DNA of 64,000 bases from Candidatus Anstonellales archaeon (GCA_038890745.1 JAWAFD010000001.1:32001-96000), one strand, 5' to 3'; positions 8,277 to 18,428 are shown, numbered from the stretch's first letter. Numbers and translations: made by a program. The notes: generated from the sequence alone by a model not told the origin.

Positions 8277-8771
8277 ATGAACCTAACATGCGCAATCCTT
8301 CTTTTTCTTGCTGGTTATCTGACTAAACTAAATGATGATGAGATTGATAAGGATAAAAAACATAGGGCAGAGCTTAGGCATGCGGTTATAGCTATAGTCG
8401 CTGCTCTTATGATACTTTATGTTTTTCTTTTTGGGGATGTTGAGGAATTTCTAATGGCTGTTGTTCTTGCATCCGTATTCATGGGAAAGATAGATAACCT
8501 TGCCCATGGAATATTAGCTGCATCGGTTATACTTGGTTTTGTGCTGATTGGAGGATACATAGACATAAATCTTCTTTTATTTTTCTTTATAGCCGCTGCT
8601 GTGGATGAGACAAACATTCCAATAATAAAGGATTATCGGCCAGTTCTAAAAATTGCAACACTCTACCCTGCATTCTTAGGGTACTATTCGCCATTGATCG
8701 CGGTGATAGTTTTTGATGCAGGATATGTTGCAAAATCGGTTTTGGAAAAAATTTTAAAAAATACTCTTTAG
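8277..8771 (+). CDS. Hypothetical polytopic membrane protein
   Basis: 5-6 hydrophobic segments; GKIDNLAH and AAVDE polar motifs. Confidence 0.7.
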   Translation: MNLTCAILLFLAGYLTKLNDDEIDKDKKHRAELRHAVIAIVAALMILYVFLFGDVEEFLMAVVLASVFMGKIDNLAHGILAASVILGFVLIGGYIDINLLLFFFIAAAVDETNIPIIKDYRPVLKIATLYPAFLGYYSPLIAVIVFDAGYVAKSVLEKILKNTL

Positions 8772-8852
8772 CTCTAACTAATCATGTGTAGTTAGTTGAT
8801 TAATAGTTGTAAGCAGTGGTACTTAAAAAACTTATCACACAAAATATATACG

Positions 8853-9797
8853 ATGGGATTTAGAAAACTATTGATTGCAGGATTGCTTGTGGGCGCGGCT
8901 GCTTCCCCTTCAAAAGAGAGAATGGTAAGAGATGCGTTCTCTATCCCAGATAGTTCGGAATATACACAAACATACGAGCAAGCAAGAAGAATGCTCATGA
9001 AGCATGGTGATACTGTTCCCAACCTCTCTGCTTTTCTACCAAAAAGCCGGGAAACAACATATGTTTTTTGGCCTGTTTTTTCTGATTCGCAACCAGGTGT
9101 TTATGTATTTTATAAGGACGTGAGGTTTTTGCCTCTTATTCAACTATGGGGAGGGAACGCAAGTCTAACACCTTATGATATTGTGATCACCACCCCGATC
9201 GACACTTTGGCATGTACAAAGGTTTCTATTGAAGGTAATCCAAATGTTTTTGATTTGTCTTATGTTCTTTCAAAACCTGTTGAGGAGAGAGTTTGCGCAG
9301 ATATGGCATTTCTTGGAAAATTTGTTATAGACCTTTTATCCTTGGGTGTAGAAGTTGAACCGTTGTTCTTTGTTTTTTCAGCATATCGAAATGATACCCT
9401 TGTTGCTGAAAACGCACACGTTGCCCTAATAAATCTTAATAACTGGAAGGTGTATGATTTCAAATTAAGAACAACAAAGAAACTTATTTATGAATACATC
9501 GCTGACCTTGATGTGGTCAGTGTTATGTTAGGAGAAGATGTGTTAAAAAATGCTAACAGGATTAGAGTAAGCGCAAGCTTCGGATGGAGGTTGGAGGATA
9601 TCGATACTACAGTTGCAATGGCTATAATTGAAGGAAGGGCTGGAGAAACCGAAAAAAAATATGTAAGTCAAAAAACAAACCAACGTTTTCAAACTTATAA
9701 TAATAGGATGAAAGGGATGGAAGCCACTCCTCAAAGTATAATTCATGCTCTCGCTGAGTTTGGTTGTTTTATAGTAAATATGGATGTTGTCAACTAA
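8853..9797 (+). CDS. Exported hypothetical protein with a transglutaminase-like Cys-His-Asp arrangement
   Basis: Signal peptide MGFRKLLIAGLLVGAAA; DLSYVL...VCADMAFL...AHVALI...KVYDF parallels 7066..7776. Confidence 0.55.
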   Translation: MGFRKLLIAGLLVGAAASPSKERMVRDAFSIPDSSEYTQTYEQARRMLMKHGDTVPNLSAFLPKSRETTYVFWPVFSDSQPGVYVFYKDVRFLPLIQLWGGNASLTPYDIVITTPIDTLACTKVSIEGNPNVFDLSYVLSKPVEERVCADMAFLGKFVIDLLSLGVEVEPLFFVFSAYRNDTLVAENAHVALINLNNWKVYDFKLRTTKKLIYEYIADLDVVSVMLGEDVLKNANRIRVSASFGWRLEDIDTTVAMAIIEGRAGETEKKYVSQKTNQRFQTYNNRMKGMEATPQSIIHALAEFGCFIVNMDVVN

Positions 9798-9854
9798 CCA
9801 TATGATACATCGTAGCAGTTCTCGATAGGCAGAGGAGATAAAATGGAAAAATAG

Positions 9855-10886
9855 TTAGAGCCAACTCGACATCCTAGATTGCCCTCCCTTCTCCTCCATC
9901 CCCTTTACCATCTTCTCAATAGCATTCCTCACCCTTTCCTCTGAAAAATCATGTTTTTCAACAAGAATTTCAATTATTTTTTCTGCGTTTGGCTTTCCCC
10001 ATCTTAGCTCAGCATCTATGCATGGGGGGTTCAGGAAATACTCAAAAACTTCTTCTATGTATGGTTCAAATTCATGAGCGTATTTATTTTTAACAAACCT
10101 TAAAACATTCTCAAAAGTTTTCTGCTCCTTTACTATTTTAAGGGCTGTTTTCGGCCCAACCCCCTTAACCCCCTCATTAAAATCTGTTCCAACAAGAATG
10201 CCAATTAAAATAAGCTGCTCCTGCGTTATACCATTCGCTGAGAGAAGTTCGGAAAGGGAGATCTGTTCTGGATAGATGAGCGTATACTGGTCTCTTCTTG
10301 GAAGCTTTCTTTTTCCTGTTATTGAAAGATTGCGAATCAAAAGCGGTGATCCAAACAGGAGGGAATCATAATCCTGCGAAGCAGAGGCATAAACAATTCC
10401 TTTTTTTGCCATGCACGCTGCCTGTGCCTCCCCTTCTTCAGGAGCTTGGATGCAGGGAATACCCATGGCTGAGATGAGCTCCATGCTCTCAGCAATCATC
10501 TCATCTGTAAGTTTTGAGGTTGCTTGGGCATATGTTTTCGCTCCTTCTTCTTCAAGCGCAAGCGCTTTCTCCCATTTTTCTTTTGCCTCCTCCTTTGCCT
10601 TTCTCCTTTTTTCTATTGTTTTTTCCTTAAAAGCAGGTGGCTTGCCATCAAAAACATACACTACCTTTATTCCGTTCTCCATAAGCCTTTCTGTTCTGTA
10701 AAGCAAACCGCTAAGATGAGAAGTGATATTTCCTGAAAAATCCATCAAAGGAGTCCCATCCGGCTGCCTTATAGATGCGAGGAATTGATAAAGAACATTA
10801 TGGGCATCTATTGCAATCTTTTTGCCTGCCAAACTCTCCAATGTTATCTCACGCTTTTCAACAATAGGTGAAAGGTCTACACCCAT
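9855..10886 (-). CDS. fen: Flap endonuclease 1
   Basis: MGVDL, YQFLASIRQPDGTPL, VFDGKPP, EGEAQAA, SQDYDSLLFG, GTDFN and a C-terminal PIP box QSRMSSWL. Confidence 0.97.
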   Translation of the reverse strand: MGVDLSPIVEKREITLESLAGKKIAIDAHNVLYQFLASIRQPDGTPLMDFSGNITSHLSGLLYRTERLMENGIKVVYVFDGKPPAFKEKTIEKRRKAKEEAKEKWEKALALEEEGAKTYAQATSKLTDEMIAESMELISAMGIPCIQAPEEGEAQAACMAKKGIVYASASQDYDSLLFGSPLLIRNLSITGKRKLPRRDQYTLIYPEQISLSELLSANGITQEQLILIGILVGTDFNEGVKGVGPKTALKIVKEQKTFENVLRFVKNKYAHEFEPYIEEVFEYFLNPPCIDAELRWGKPNAEKIIEILVEKHDFSEERVRNAIEKMVKGMEEKGGQSRMSSWL

Positions 10887-10890
10887 TCAA

Positions 10891-11352
10891 TCACTTCTTT
10901 TCTTCAACAAAATCCCCAAGCGTCAGCTCTTCTTTTGTTTTTTTCTCAGGTTTTTCTATTATTACTTCTGTTGTTTTTTCTATAAGCTTTATACCGAGGG
11001 CCCTCTCAAGCTTTTTTGCTGTTTTTATGGTGGGCCTCATCCTCTCCTTTTCTATGTGCTCTAAATAGCTTTCGCTCTCACTTATTTTTCTTGCAAGCTC
11101 CTGCCTGCTAAGTCCAAGCCTTTCCCTTGCTTTTCTTACAATTTCACCATACCCTTCTATAATATCCTCCTCAACAACTCCTGTTTCAACAACCCTAACC
11201 CCTTTCTCTATTTCCTCATCCGGCTTTTTATTTAGAATTTTTGCTCCCTTCGCGCATACTGCACATGCATTCATGATCGCGCCTTCTATCGTGATAATAA
11301 ACCTTGCTTCCCTCTCCCCGCAAACCTCGCACATGTCTTTTTTCTTTTGCAT
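10891..11352 (-). CDS. Archaeal multiprotein bridging factor aMBF1 (Zn ribbon + HTH)
   Basis: CEVCG...CAVC zinc ribbon, Xre-type HTH and C-terminal LTLGDF motif. Confidence 0.9.
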   Translation of the reverse strand: MQKKKDMCEVCGEREARFIITIEGAIMNACAVCAKGAKILNKKPDEEIEKGVRVVETGVVEEDIIEGYGEIVRKARERLGLSRQELARKISESESYLEHIEKERMRPTIKTAKKLERALGIKLIEKTTEVIIEKPEKKTKEELTLGDFVEEKK

Positions 11353-11403
11353 AAAATCTAATTGTCTAGAAAAGCATTTATAATGTTTCGCAGAATTCTA
11401 CCC

Positions 11404-12528
11404 ATGCTCAGAAAGGTTGTTATTCTTCTCGCGATAGCGATATTCTACATCATAATTAATCTCAACATCCCGGGAACAGTGAGGTTCTTTGCTGCTGTTC
11501 TTGAATTGGGGGTAGTTGGGGAGTGGCTAAGGAAGGAATATAAGTTGGACGGCGAGTATGGGCTTTTTCTTCTGAAGAGCAGAAAGGGGATAAACAAAAT
11601 AAATGAGGTTGCGTTGAGGTATGAAAGGATACTAAAAATTTTTGCTGATGTTTCTATCGCCGTTGGCTTTGGCCTTGCCTCTTTCTTTGTTATGAAATGG
11701 AGGCCGGTAAAGGAAAGGGTTGGAATCGTTCTTGCGGGTTTGGGTATAATGATTCTTGTTTCCTTGCTCGTTTCCCCATTCGCGCTCGGGGTGATAATCT
11801 CAACAATCGGAATAAAGGGGGTTGGGGAAACCGTTTCCGGTGAGTTTAATATTATATACCCGGCCATGCTTCTCTTTACGGGTTTTTGCGGGTTCATTTC
11901 TTACTCGTTGGTTGCGCATGGAATCGGGGTTGTTTCTGCAGTCTATGAAATAGTGATGTATGGCATCGAGCAAGAGGTACAGGAAGGGGCAACCCTTCTT
12001 CTTCCGGGTATAAACCTCCCATTTTTAGAAGGGGTTTTTGCTCTCGCTTTAATACTGATCGTTCACGAGGGCGCGCACGCTCTCCTCACAAGAATTGCTC
12101 GGGTTAGATTGCTTAGCTCTGGGATTGTTTTCTTTGGGTTTATACCTGTTGGTGCTTTTGTGGAGCCGGATGAAAACCATCTTCTACAGAAAAGTATTAA
12201 GGAGCAGGAGAGGGTTCTTGCTGTCGGAACGGGTGCAAACTTTCTTGCGAGCATAGTTCTTCTTCTTATTTTCTTGGGTTTTTTTTATGCTACGAAAGGG
12301 TTTTACGAAGAAGGGGCTTTTTTCTACGGGATACTCCAGTTTATGTATAAGTTTTTGGGGCTTGCCTTTGCCCTAAACTTTGTTGTCGCTGTTGTAAATC
12401 TTTTACCCGTTCCTTTTTTTGATGGGTACAGGATGGTTGAGCTTGTTGTGGGGAAGAGAATTGCACAACCTCTGTCTATTCTATTGCTCACCGCGCTTGT
12501 AATAAACTTCCTTCCTGCGCTTTTCTAA
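11404..12528 (+). CDS. Site-2 protease (M50) intramembrane metalloprotease
   Basis: HEGAH, GAFVEPD and NLLPVPFFDG motifs; multiple TM segments. Confidence 0.92.
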   Translation: MLRKVVILLAIAIFYIIINLNIPGTVRFFAAVLELGVVGEWLRKEYKLDGEYGLFLLKSRKGINKINEVALRYERILKIFADVSIAVGFGLASFFVMKWRPVKERVGIVLAGLGIMILVSLLVSPFALGVIISTIGIKGVGETVSGEFNIIYPAMLLFTGFCGFISYSLVAHGIGVVSAVYEIVMYGIEQEVQEGATLLLPGINLPFLEGVFALALILIVHEGAHALLTRIARVRLLSSGIVFFGFIPVGAFVEPDENHLLQKSIKEQERVLAVGTGANFLASIVLLLIFLGFFYATKGFYEEGAFFYGILQFMYKFLGLAFALNFVVAVVNLLPVPFFDGYRMVELVVGKRIAQPLSILLLTALVINFLPALF

Positions 12529-12568
12529 ACATAAAGTTTAAAAACATTTTTGAACATATATTAACACT

Positions 12569-13597
12569 ATGATGGAAGCAGAAAGATATGGGGATAATAA
12601 GGTGAAGGAAGCTTTTTTGCTAGTGTATAATGATGTAATAGAGACAGTAAAAAATCCAATAAAAAACCCCATAGCGAAAGCTTTAGAGGCGGTTGTCTCA
12701 ATCGCAACGTTTCCACTAATCCTTGCTGGGTTGTATGCGCCAAAGCAGAATGGCCACGTTGGCAAAGTCGGTGAAAATGAAGAAAGCGAGGAAGAGATCG
12801 ATTTCTATGAATGGAAAAAAAGACAACGAGAAGCAGAAGAAAGAAACGCTAATTTTGAGAGGGCTAGGATAACAGTAAATGGAATAACTTACACAAGAGA
12901 AAAAAGGGAGGGTGAAACACGAGAAGAATGCTACATAAAATTAATAATGGAAATTATGAATTCATGGTGCGATGATCTTGTTGAAAGTGAAAGGATGATA
13001 AATTTTTTCAGTGGAAAAATGCCCATCCCAAGGATTCTTGACCCAAACGGGGAGGGAAACGATTCGTTCATCCTAAAAAACAGTTCTATTATCACAGCCC
13101 TTCTGCTCATGGATAACCATGAGATTGATGAGGAGCTTAAAGAATATATTACTACTTCTGTAGAGAGAATGAGCTCCCGTACTTCTATGTATATACTATT
13201 TCGAGACAAGGAACGAGTGGATAGGGGAATAAAAACAATCCTTGAAATTTTAAAAGAACTTACAGACCGAGGGGATGTGAGAAGAGTATTAGAAACTATA
13301 GAAGGATTCGAAGGATTCATGGGGGATAACATTGAGGGTGGGTTAATAATTCAAATATTTAGTAGGGCCTTCTCAGCAAAAGGAAATGATGTGGAAAAGG
13401 AGATGAAGTATAAAGAATTGCTTGAACGACTTAGCAGAAAAAAGACAACGGCACTAAAGATTTTAGAAAGCGAAGGAGAGGGGATGAGAAAGGATTATAG
13501 AGAAGTGCTCAAGAAACTTGAGTGGACTCTTTTTAGGTTTGGTGGAGTAAACTACGAAAGGAACATTATGGTTCCAACCAAAAAAAGAGCATCATAG
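12569..13597 (+). CDS. Hypothetical protein, one N-terminal hydrophobic segment, otherwise helical
   Basis: 342-aa ORF; no recognised family. Confidence 0.6.
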   Translation: MMEAERYGDNKVKEAFLLVYNDVIETVKNPIKNPIAKALEAVVSIATFPLILAGLYAPKQNGHVGKVGENEESEEEIDFYEWKKRQREAEERNANFERARITVNGITYTREKREGETREECYIKLIMEIMNSWCDDLVESERMINFFSGKMPIPRILDPNGEGNDSFILKNSSIITALLLMDNHEIDEELKEYITTSVERMSSRTSMYILFRDKERVDRGIKTILEILKELTDRGDVRRVLETIEGFEGFMGDNIEGGLIIQIFSRAFSAKGNDVEKEMKYKELLERLSRKKTTALKILESEGEGMRKDYREVLKKLEWTLFRFGGVNYERNIMVPTKKRAS

Positions 13598-14344
13598 ATG
13601 GCATACCCAGCCGCCATCTATCACAAGAACAGTTCCTGTAACATACGAAGCCTCATCGCTCGCCAGGTAAAGGGCTCCGTACGCAATATCCTCTGGTTTT
13701 CCAACCCTTTTTATTAAAACTGGGGCGAGGTATGCTTCAAGAAGTTCTTTGTTTGCAATAATGTCCTTTGTCATGGCTGTTTCTATCAAACCAGGAGCGA
13801 TCGCATTTACCCTAATGCCAAACGAAGCAAGCTCCTGCGCAGCTGATTTTGTGAAATTCACTATCGCTCCTTTTGAGGCTCCATAATGGGTTGCACCCCC
13901 TATCCCACGAATGCCGGCTACGCTCGCAATGTTTATTATCGCTCCTTTCTTCTGCTTTTTCATCTGGATGGATGCGTACTTTGTTCCGAAGAAAACACCA
14001 TTCAGATTTACTGCCATGAGTCTGTTCCAGTCCTGCTCTGTAATTTCATCAATGTTTTTTGGAAAATAAATCCCTGCATTGTTCACCATAATATCAAGCT
14101 TTCCGAATTTCTTTACTGTTTTCTCAACCAAACTCTTAACCTCATTCTCTTTTGAAACATCGCATGGAAGGGCAAAAGTTTGACCGAATTTTGAGAGCTC
14201 TTCGGCAACGCTCTTTGTATGTTCCTCATTTTCAGAACTTATCACAACCTTCGCACCTGCTTTAAGGAAAACTGTTGCGATCCCTTTTCCAATCCCAGAG
14301 GTTGAGCCGGTAACAATAGCAACCTTATCCTTTAGGGAAAACAT
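13592..14344 (-). CDS. Short-chain dehydrogenase/reductase (FabG-like)
   Basis: [17 protein letters not shown] catalytic motif, IRVNAIAPG and DGG. Confidence 0.93.
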   Translation of the reverse strand: MFSLKDKVAIVTGSTSGIGKGIATVFLKAGAKVVISSENEEHTKSVAEELSKFGQTFALPCDVSKENEVKSLVEKTVKKFGKLDIMVNNAGIYFPKNIDEITEQDWNRLMAVNLNGVFFGTKYASIQMKKQKKGAIINIASVAGIRGIGGATHYGASKGAIVNFTKSAAQELASFGIRVNAIAPGLIETAMTKDIIANKELLEAYLAPVLIKRVGKPEDIAYGALYLASDEASYVTGTVLVIDGGWVCHL

Positions 14345-14387
14345 AGAACCACAAAAAGGATAGAAAGGAATATTTTATAAAATTAAT

Positions 14388-14568
14388 TGCAGGGGGAGGG
14401 ATTCCCGAGCCTTTTCCGCTGAAGCGCTTTTTGTCAGCAAAAATGGCTGTTCGAACCCACGTAGACCCTAGGTCACCAGGTTTCGCATGCAGGTTTGTTT
14501 GCAACCTTTTTGGACAACCCAAAAGGTTTCCTTGAGCCTGGCGCGTTTGACCGCTCCGCCACCCCTGC
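14388..14568 (-). tRNA. tRNA-Leu(CAA) with two introns: 37/38 (14482..14530, 49 nt) and 59/60 (14402..14449, 48 nt)
   Basis: Reverse complement: GCAGGGG/CCCCTGC+A acceptor stem, CCAGG-CTCAAG|A-CCTGG anticodon arm, long variable arm, GTGGG-TTCGAA|T-CCCTC T arm. BHB helices TTCG/CGGG and relaxed CTCA/TGCG. Confidence 0.88.
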
Positions 14569-14665
14569 TAAACCTATTTTATAGAAATGGATTTAAAAAA
14601 TTTGGGCTTTTTAAAACCCTTCCAAGTGGGGATGGAAGCCTTTAAAAACATCAAAACAAAATTTT

Positions 14666-15691
14666 TTATACATGTTTTGGAATAAAGTTTAAACCTAAGG
14701 CAACTAACTGGTCTTGTTTATAAATGTTTGCTATTCGAAAAACTATTTGTGTTCCTGGTGAAACTGTTGTTTCTGTAATAGTCATGCTTTCTTCTCTAGA
14801 AGGTTTAATAAGAACAAATTCGTCATTAGTTTTATCATAAAGCAAAAACTCTCTTCCTGATTGCGTCTTTCTTCCTCCAATATAAACTATATTATTTGGA
14901 TCGCGACCAATCTGCTTACACATTTGACCAAGCCAATATGCACCATACTGATTAGCTATTCTATCCTCATATTGTTGTTGGGTTTCACCTGGACGCTGCG
15001 CGTAGTCTGTCGAACCAATAAGTCCTACGGGCTTGCCAAAGGCTTCGGATAATGACCTAAGAGTTACATCGTTCCATCCAGAGCCTTTCTGCGCGCATAC
15101 TGACCCTACACCTGGAATTGATTTAAGAGCATATGGCTTCTTCATGCTTTCTTCCGTACCTTTTCTTTTTGAATATGTAGTAATTTCCCGTATAGCCCCT
15201 TCACCAATTTTTTCCCAACCTAGATGCGTACGTGCTCTGTTGATGCAATCCAAAACCTTTTCCCTTGCCGGGTCGCCAGCTGGAAGCATATCAAGTAGTT
15301 GCCCCCAACAGTTAAGTGCTTCTTCATACTTTTCGTTGGCGTAAGCTTGAAGACCTGATGAATAGAGATCTCTGGCCGTCTTAGAATATGGCGGAGAACT
15401 TATAAGACTGAGGGCTAAACCAGAAGCTGAAGCGCCGCCAGCGAATAGCCCGCTTTTTTCTATTTTGTATCCTAATTTTGCTTCGCTTCTTTCCAAACCT
15501 TTTTTTGCTTTTTCATTATTTGGGTCAAGCTTCAATGCTTGCTTAAAATACTCAATAGCTGTTTTGTAATCCCCATTTTTGTAGGCATCAACGCCACGGA
15601 GGTACAGTTCTTGAGACGTGGGCTCCTTCTTTTCTCCTGCTTTATTTTTTGCTCCTTTCGTCGCTTCTACCAACTTATCCCCAATTCCCAT
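14666..15691 (-). CDS. Tetratricopeptide-repeat protein
   Basis: Two TPR blocks (LYLRGVDAYKNGDYKTAIEYFKQALKLDPNN; LYSSGLQAYANEKYEEALNCW). Start moved to MGIGDK because the upstream extension overlaps the PRC-barrel gene. Confidence 0.75.
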   Translation of the reverse strand: MGIGDKLVEATKGAKNKAGEKKEPTSQELYLRGVDAYKNGDYKTAIEYFKQALKLDPNNEKAKKGLERSEAKLGYKIEKSGLFAGGASASGLALSLISSPPYSKTARDLYSSGLQAYANEKYEEALNCWGQLLDMLPAGDPAREKVLDCINRARTHLGWEKIGEGAIREITTYSKRKGTEESMKKPYALKSIPGVGSVCAQKGSGWNDVTLRSLSEAFGKPVGLIGSTDYAQRPGETQQQYEDRIANQYGAYWLGQMCKQIGRDPNNIVYIGGRKTQSGREFLLYDKTNDEFVLIKPSREESMTITETTVSPGTQIVFRIANIYKQDQLVALGLNFIPKHV

Positions 15692-15764
15692 CTTCCCACG
15701 CTTTTTATTTCTGCCAAGAAATACTTTTAAATACATTGCTGTTGATATTGGATGTGGTGGAACC

Positions 15765-16001
15765 ATGACAACGAAGCTGTCCAGGATGTATGGCATGGAC
15801 ATTTTTACAGATGCAGGAAAGTTTTTGGGGAACGCACAGGATTTTATAGTGGATGTTGAGGAAGGCGTAGTGGCAAGAATTCTGCTCGAACCTCTCCCGG
15901 CTAACAAAGAGCAAGCAAAAAATGTTCTGCGGGAAAAAAGCGTCCTATATAAAAACGTAAAATCCGTGGAAGATGTAATAGTTGTGAAAAAGGTTTCATA
16001 G
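15765..16001 (+). CDS. Small archaeal PRC-barrel protein
   Basis: LSRMYGMDIFTDAGKFLGNAQDFIVD...VKSVEDVIVV is a PRC-barrel pattern; GGTGG SD. Confidence 0.85.
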   Translation: MTTKLSRMYGMDIFTDAGKFLGNAQDFIVDVEEGVVARILLEPLPANKEQAKNVLREKSVLYKNVKSVEDVIVVKKVS

Positions 16002-16586
16002 AGAATTAATAAGCGCGTCAATATCCTTTGTTGCTTCCCCCTTTTCTTCTCTTATTTTTTTTGCTTTTTTCAAATATTCCAATGCTTTTTTCTTCAGCGC
16101 TTTGTTCTCACCTTTAAATGTTTTTATTGCATTCATTATTACCTGAGCTTTTTTTACATACTCATGGGCGACATCAACCTCAACATTCAAATCCTCTAAA
16201 ACCCTGGCAATCTCCTCTTTAAATTTCTCTTTTTCCTTTGGAGGGAGAGAAGAAAAAAATGAAATGAAAGAATCAACGATATCATCTACCTGCTTCCCGG
16301 CTTTTTTCCTTTCTTCTATCAAGGCAAGATAGCTTTTAACCCTTACCTCATTTGAGACCCTTGTACTCGGTATAGCCCCAACCTTAACCTGCATTTCAGA
16401 AACTATCCTTTTTAGCTCCTTTATCTTTTTCTCAATTCTCTCATCCCTAATTCCCGACCTCTCATATTCGTTTATTGTTGAACGGATAAAACCCAAAGCA
16501 TCCTGAGTGTATCCTTTTTCAAAATCCATAAGCCGGGCATTTTCATAAGCGATAAGAGCCGCAACAACCTTATCCTCGATCTCCAT
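15996..16586 (-). CDS. Hypothetical alpha-helical protein
   Basis: 196-aa charged helical ORF. Confidence 0.65.
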   Translation of the reverse strand: MEIEDKVVAALIAYENARLMDFEKGYTQDALGFIRSTINEYERSGIRDERIEKKIKELKRIVSEMQVKVGAIPSTRVSNEVRVKSYLALIEERKKAGKQVDDIVDSFISFFSSLPPKEKEKFKEEIARVLEDLNVEVDVAHEYVKKAQVIMNAIKTFKGENKALKKKALEYLKKAKKIREEKGEATKDIDALINSL

Positions 16587-16637
16587 GGATTTGTTCTACC
16601 TGTTAAATTTTTAAACACTTTCTACTAACCTGAGTGC

Positions 16638-16817
16638 ATGGGAGATGAATGGAAGGTTGCGGTAAGGGGAATAATTGCTATCATTTTCGGTGCGCTTTTC
16701 GTATGGTTCTGGCAGAGCATGAGACCGGATGATGACCCATTAACAGTATATGGGGTGGGGGTACTCCTCACGCTTCTGTTCTTTGCTCTTCTACATTTCA
16801 TAGGGAAGGGAGAGTAA
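16638..16817 (+). CDS. Small two-TM membrane protein (59 aa; absent from the ORF track)
   Basis: MGDEWKVAVRGIIAIIFGALFVWFWQ...VYGVGVLLTLLFFALLHFIGKGE*; TTTTTAAA TATA ~25 nt upstream. Confidence 0.65.
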   Translation: MGDEWKVAVRGIIAIIFGALFVWFWQSMRPDDDPLTVYGVGVLLTLLFFALLHFIGKGE

Positions 16818-17295
16818 CCATTCTTTTAATTATTCCCTCAGCCATTTTTTTTGTTTTCTCTCCGCCATCAACAGCAACAACCCCCTTTTCAAAGATCCCA
16901 TATATTAAAATAAAATTTTCTTCAAGAGAGCGGAGGAAAGCAAGTGCGACAAGGTCCTCCTCACCATCAACAAAAAGCGCCCCACCAGTTTTCAGCAATC
17001 CTTCTGCAATTTTAAAAATCTCTTCATTAAGCGTACCCGCAGGGTTGCTTATTTTTATTGCATTCGGAAAATGAGAAATAAGTTTCTGCTTTTCTTCCTC
17101 GCTTATCTCTTTTCTTAAATTCTTAAAATCAAAAACAGCAACAAAAGGCTTCGTTTCTTTTTCTAGCAAAGAAAGAACAACGATATCCCCAACAGCAATA
17201 ATTTTTTTGTTTGTTTTTAAAACCTCTTCTATGGAAGCCATCCTCCCCAAAGGTTTTTTCAATTCCACCCTAAGCTCTTCTGTGATTTTCAGCAT
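16798..17295 (-). CDS. DUF359 family, GTP-dependent dephospho-CoA kinase-like
   Basis: LRVELKKPLG, IAVGD, NPAGTL, VDGEEDL and IYG motifs. Confidence 0.85.
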   Translation of the reverse strand: MLKITEELRVELKKPLGRMASIEEVLKTNKKIIAVGDIVVLSLLEKETKPFVAVFDFKNLRKEISEEEKQKLISHFPNAIKISNPAGTLNEEIFKIAEGLLKTGGALFVDGEEDLVALAFLRSLEENFILIYGIFEKGVVAVDGGEKTKKMAEGIIKRMVTLPSL

Positions 17296-17299
17296 AGGA

Positions 17300-17956
17300 T
17301 CACGGAGAAAGGATCTCCACAGTATTGCCGCGCCCGATCAAAACTTTTGAAAACTTTGTGAATATTCCGTTCTCAAATATCCCTGGTATAGAGTTCAGCC
17401 ATTTTTCCATATCTCTTGCATTCTCTATTTCAATGTTCGCATCAAGCAAAAAATTTCCATTATCCGTAACAACAGGGCCCAGTTTTGTTTTTGACATTCT
17501 TAATGAAGAGGGAATTTTGTTTTTTTCAAGCTCGCGCATAACTGTTGGGTAAGCGAATGGAAGGACTTCTATCGGCACTTTGCTCCTTTTTCTTGTTTTT
17601 GAAGAATCGACGATTATGATAAACTCTTCTGCAGAATACCCAACAACCTTCTCCCGGGCAAGGGCCCCTCCCCCTCCTTTTATCACATACTCTTTACATA
17701 CATAATCAGCCCCATCAACTGCGATATCTATTTTATTCACGCTTGAAAGTGGGACAACATCCAATCCGCACTCACATGTAAACATCTCTGTATCGTATGA
17801 AGTTGGGATACATTTTATACATAATTTTTGCCTCTTTACCTTATTCGCCAAAAGCTCAATAAACAACTTTGCGGTTGAGCCGGACCCAAGACCTACAACC
17901 ATTCCATCTTTTATGTATTTAAGTGCTTCCTTTGCAACAAGGAGTTTTTCTTTCAT
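17300..17956 (-). CDS. rpiA: Ribose-5-phosphate isomerase A
   Basis: GLGSGST, DGAD, IKGGGGALAREK and TDNGN. Confidence 0.96.
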   Translation of the reverse strand: MKEKLLVAKEALKYIKDGMVVGLGSGSTAKLFIELLANKVKRQKLCIKCIPTSYDTEMFTCECGLDVVPLSSVNKIDIAVDGADYVCKEYVIKGGGGALAREKVVGYSAEEFIIIVDSSKTRKRSKVPIEVLPFAYPTVMRELEKNKIPSSLRMSKTKLGPVVTDNGNFLLDANIEIENARDMEKWLNSIPGIFENGIFTKFSKVLIGRGNTVEILSP

Positions 17957-17985
17957 GTGAAAAAAAGAAGCAAAAGAAATTAAAA

Positions 17986-17998
17986 GGTGGTGGGCATC
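17986..17998. repeat. 13-bp direct repeat GGTGGTGGGCATC, a copy of the SRP RNA 3' end
   Basis: Identical to 19017..19029; the two copies flank the MNT-HEPN pair. Confidence 0.75.
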
Positions 17999-18428
17999 AA
18001 ATTTTTTCTTTTATTCTTTCTTTTACGAATTTTAAAAACTCTTCGGCTGAATTTATCGCATACTTTGCTTCGTACTCTGATATAACATCTGGTTTTTCAT
18101 AAGTTGCGAGCGCTCTTTTTGAGCGGATTCTGTTTAAACTCTGAACAAATCCTGAGTATTTTTTGTCAAGAACCACAGAAAGAAAATCAAAGGTTGCTTT
18201 GTGATGAAACTCTGAATCCGGTCTGTAGCCATAAGAATGCATTAAGGCTCTCGCAGCTTGCAGTAGGCTATTGTATGCTAGATTAAGAGCACCATCAAAA
18301 CTCTTTAGAAAAATTTCTTTTGCAAGCCTAAGGTCTCGTTCGCTTATTTTAAGCAAATCACTGATCTGTGTCTTATCAACAGGAATTCTATGTATGAACC
18401 CCTTCTTTTCAAGTTCTGATAAGCTCAT
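17997..18428 (-). CDS. HEPN domain protein (toxin-like partner of MNT)
   Basis: ERDLRLAK...AYNSLLQAARALM...HHKAT...RSKRALATY, a SAV_6107/HEPN-like pattern; overlaps the MNT gene. Confidence 0.85.
   Translation of the reverse strand: MSLSELEKKGFIHRIPVDKTQISDLLKISERDLRLAKEIFLKSFDGALNLAYNSLLQAARALMHSYGYRPDSEFHHKATFDFLSVVLDKKYSGFVQSLNRIRSKRALATYEKPDVISEYEAKYAINSAEEFLKFVKERIKEKI

Noticed and set aside
14325..14522. 65-aa ORF on the - strand
   Set aside because: Overlaps the intron-containing tRNA-Leu.
15692..16021. N-terminal 110 aa of the 451-aa TPR ORF
   Set aside because: Antisense to the PRC-barrel gene and its promoter; the real start is probably 15691.
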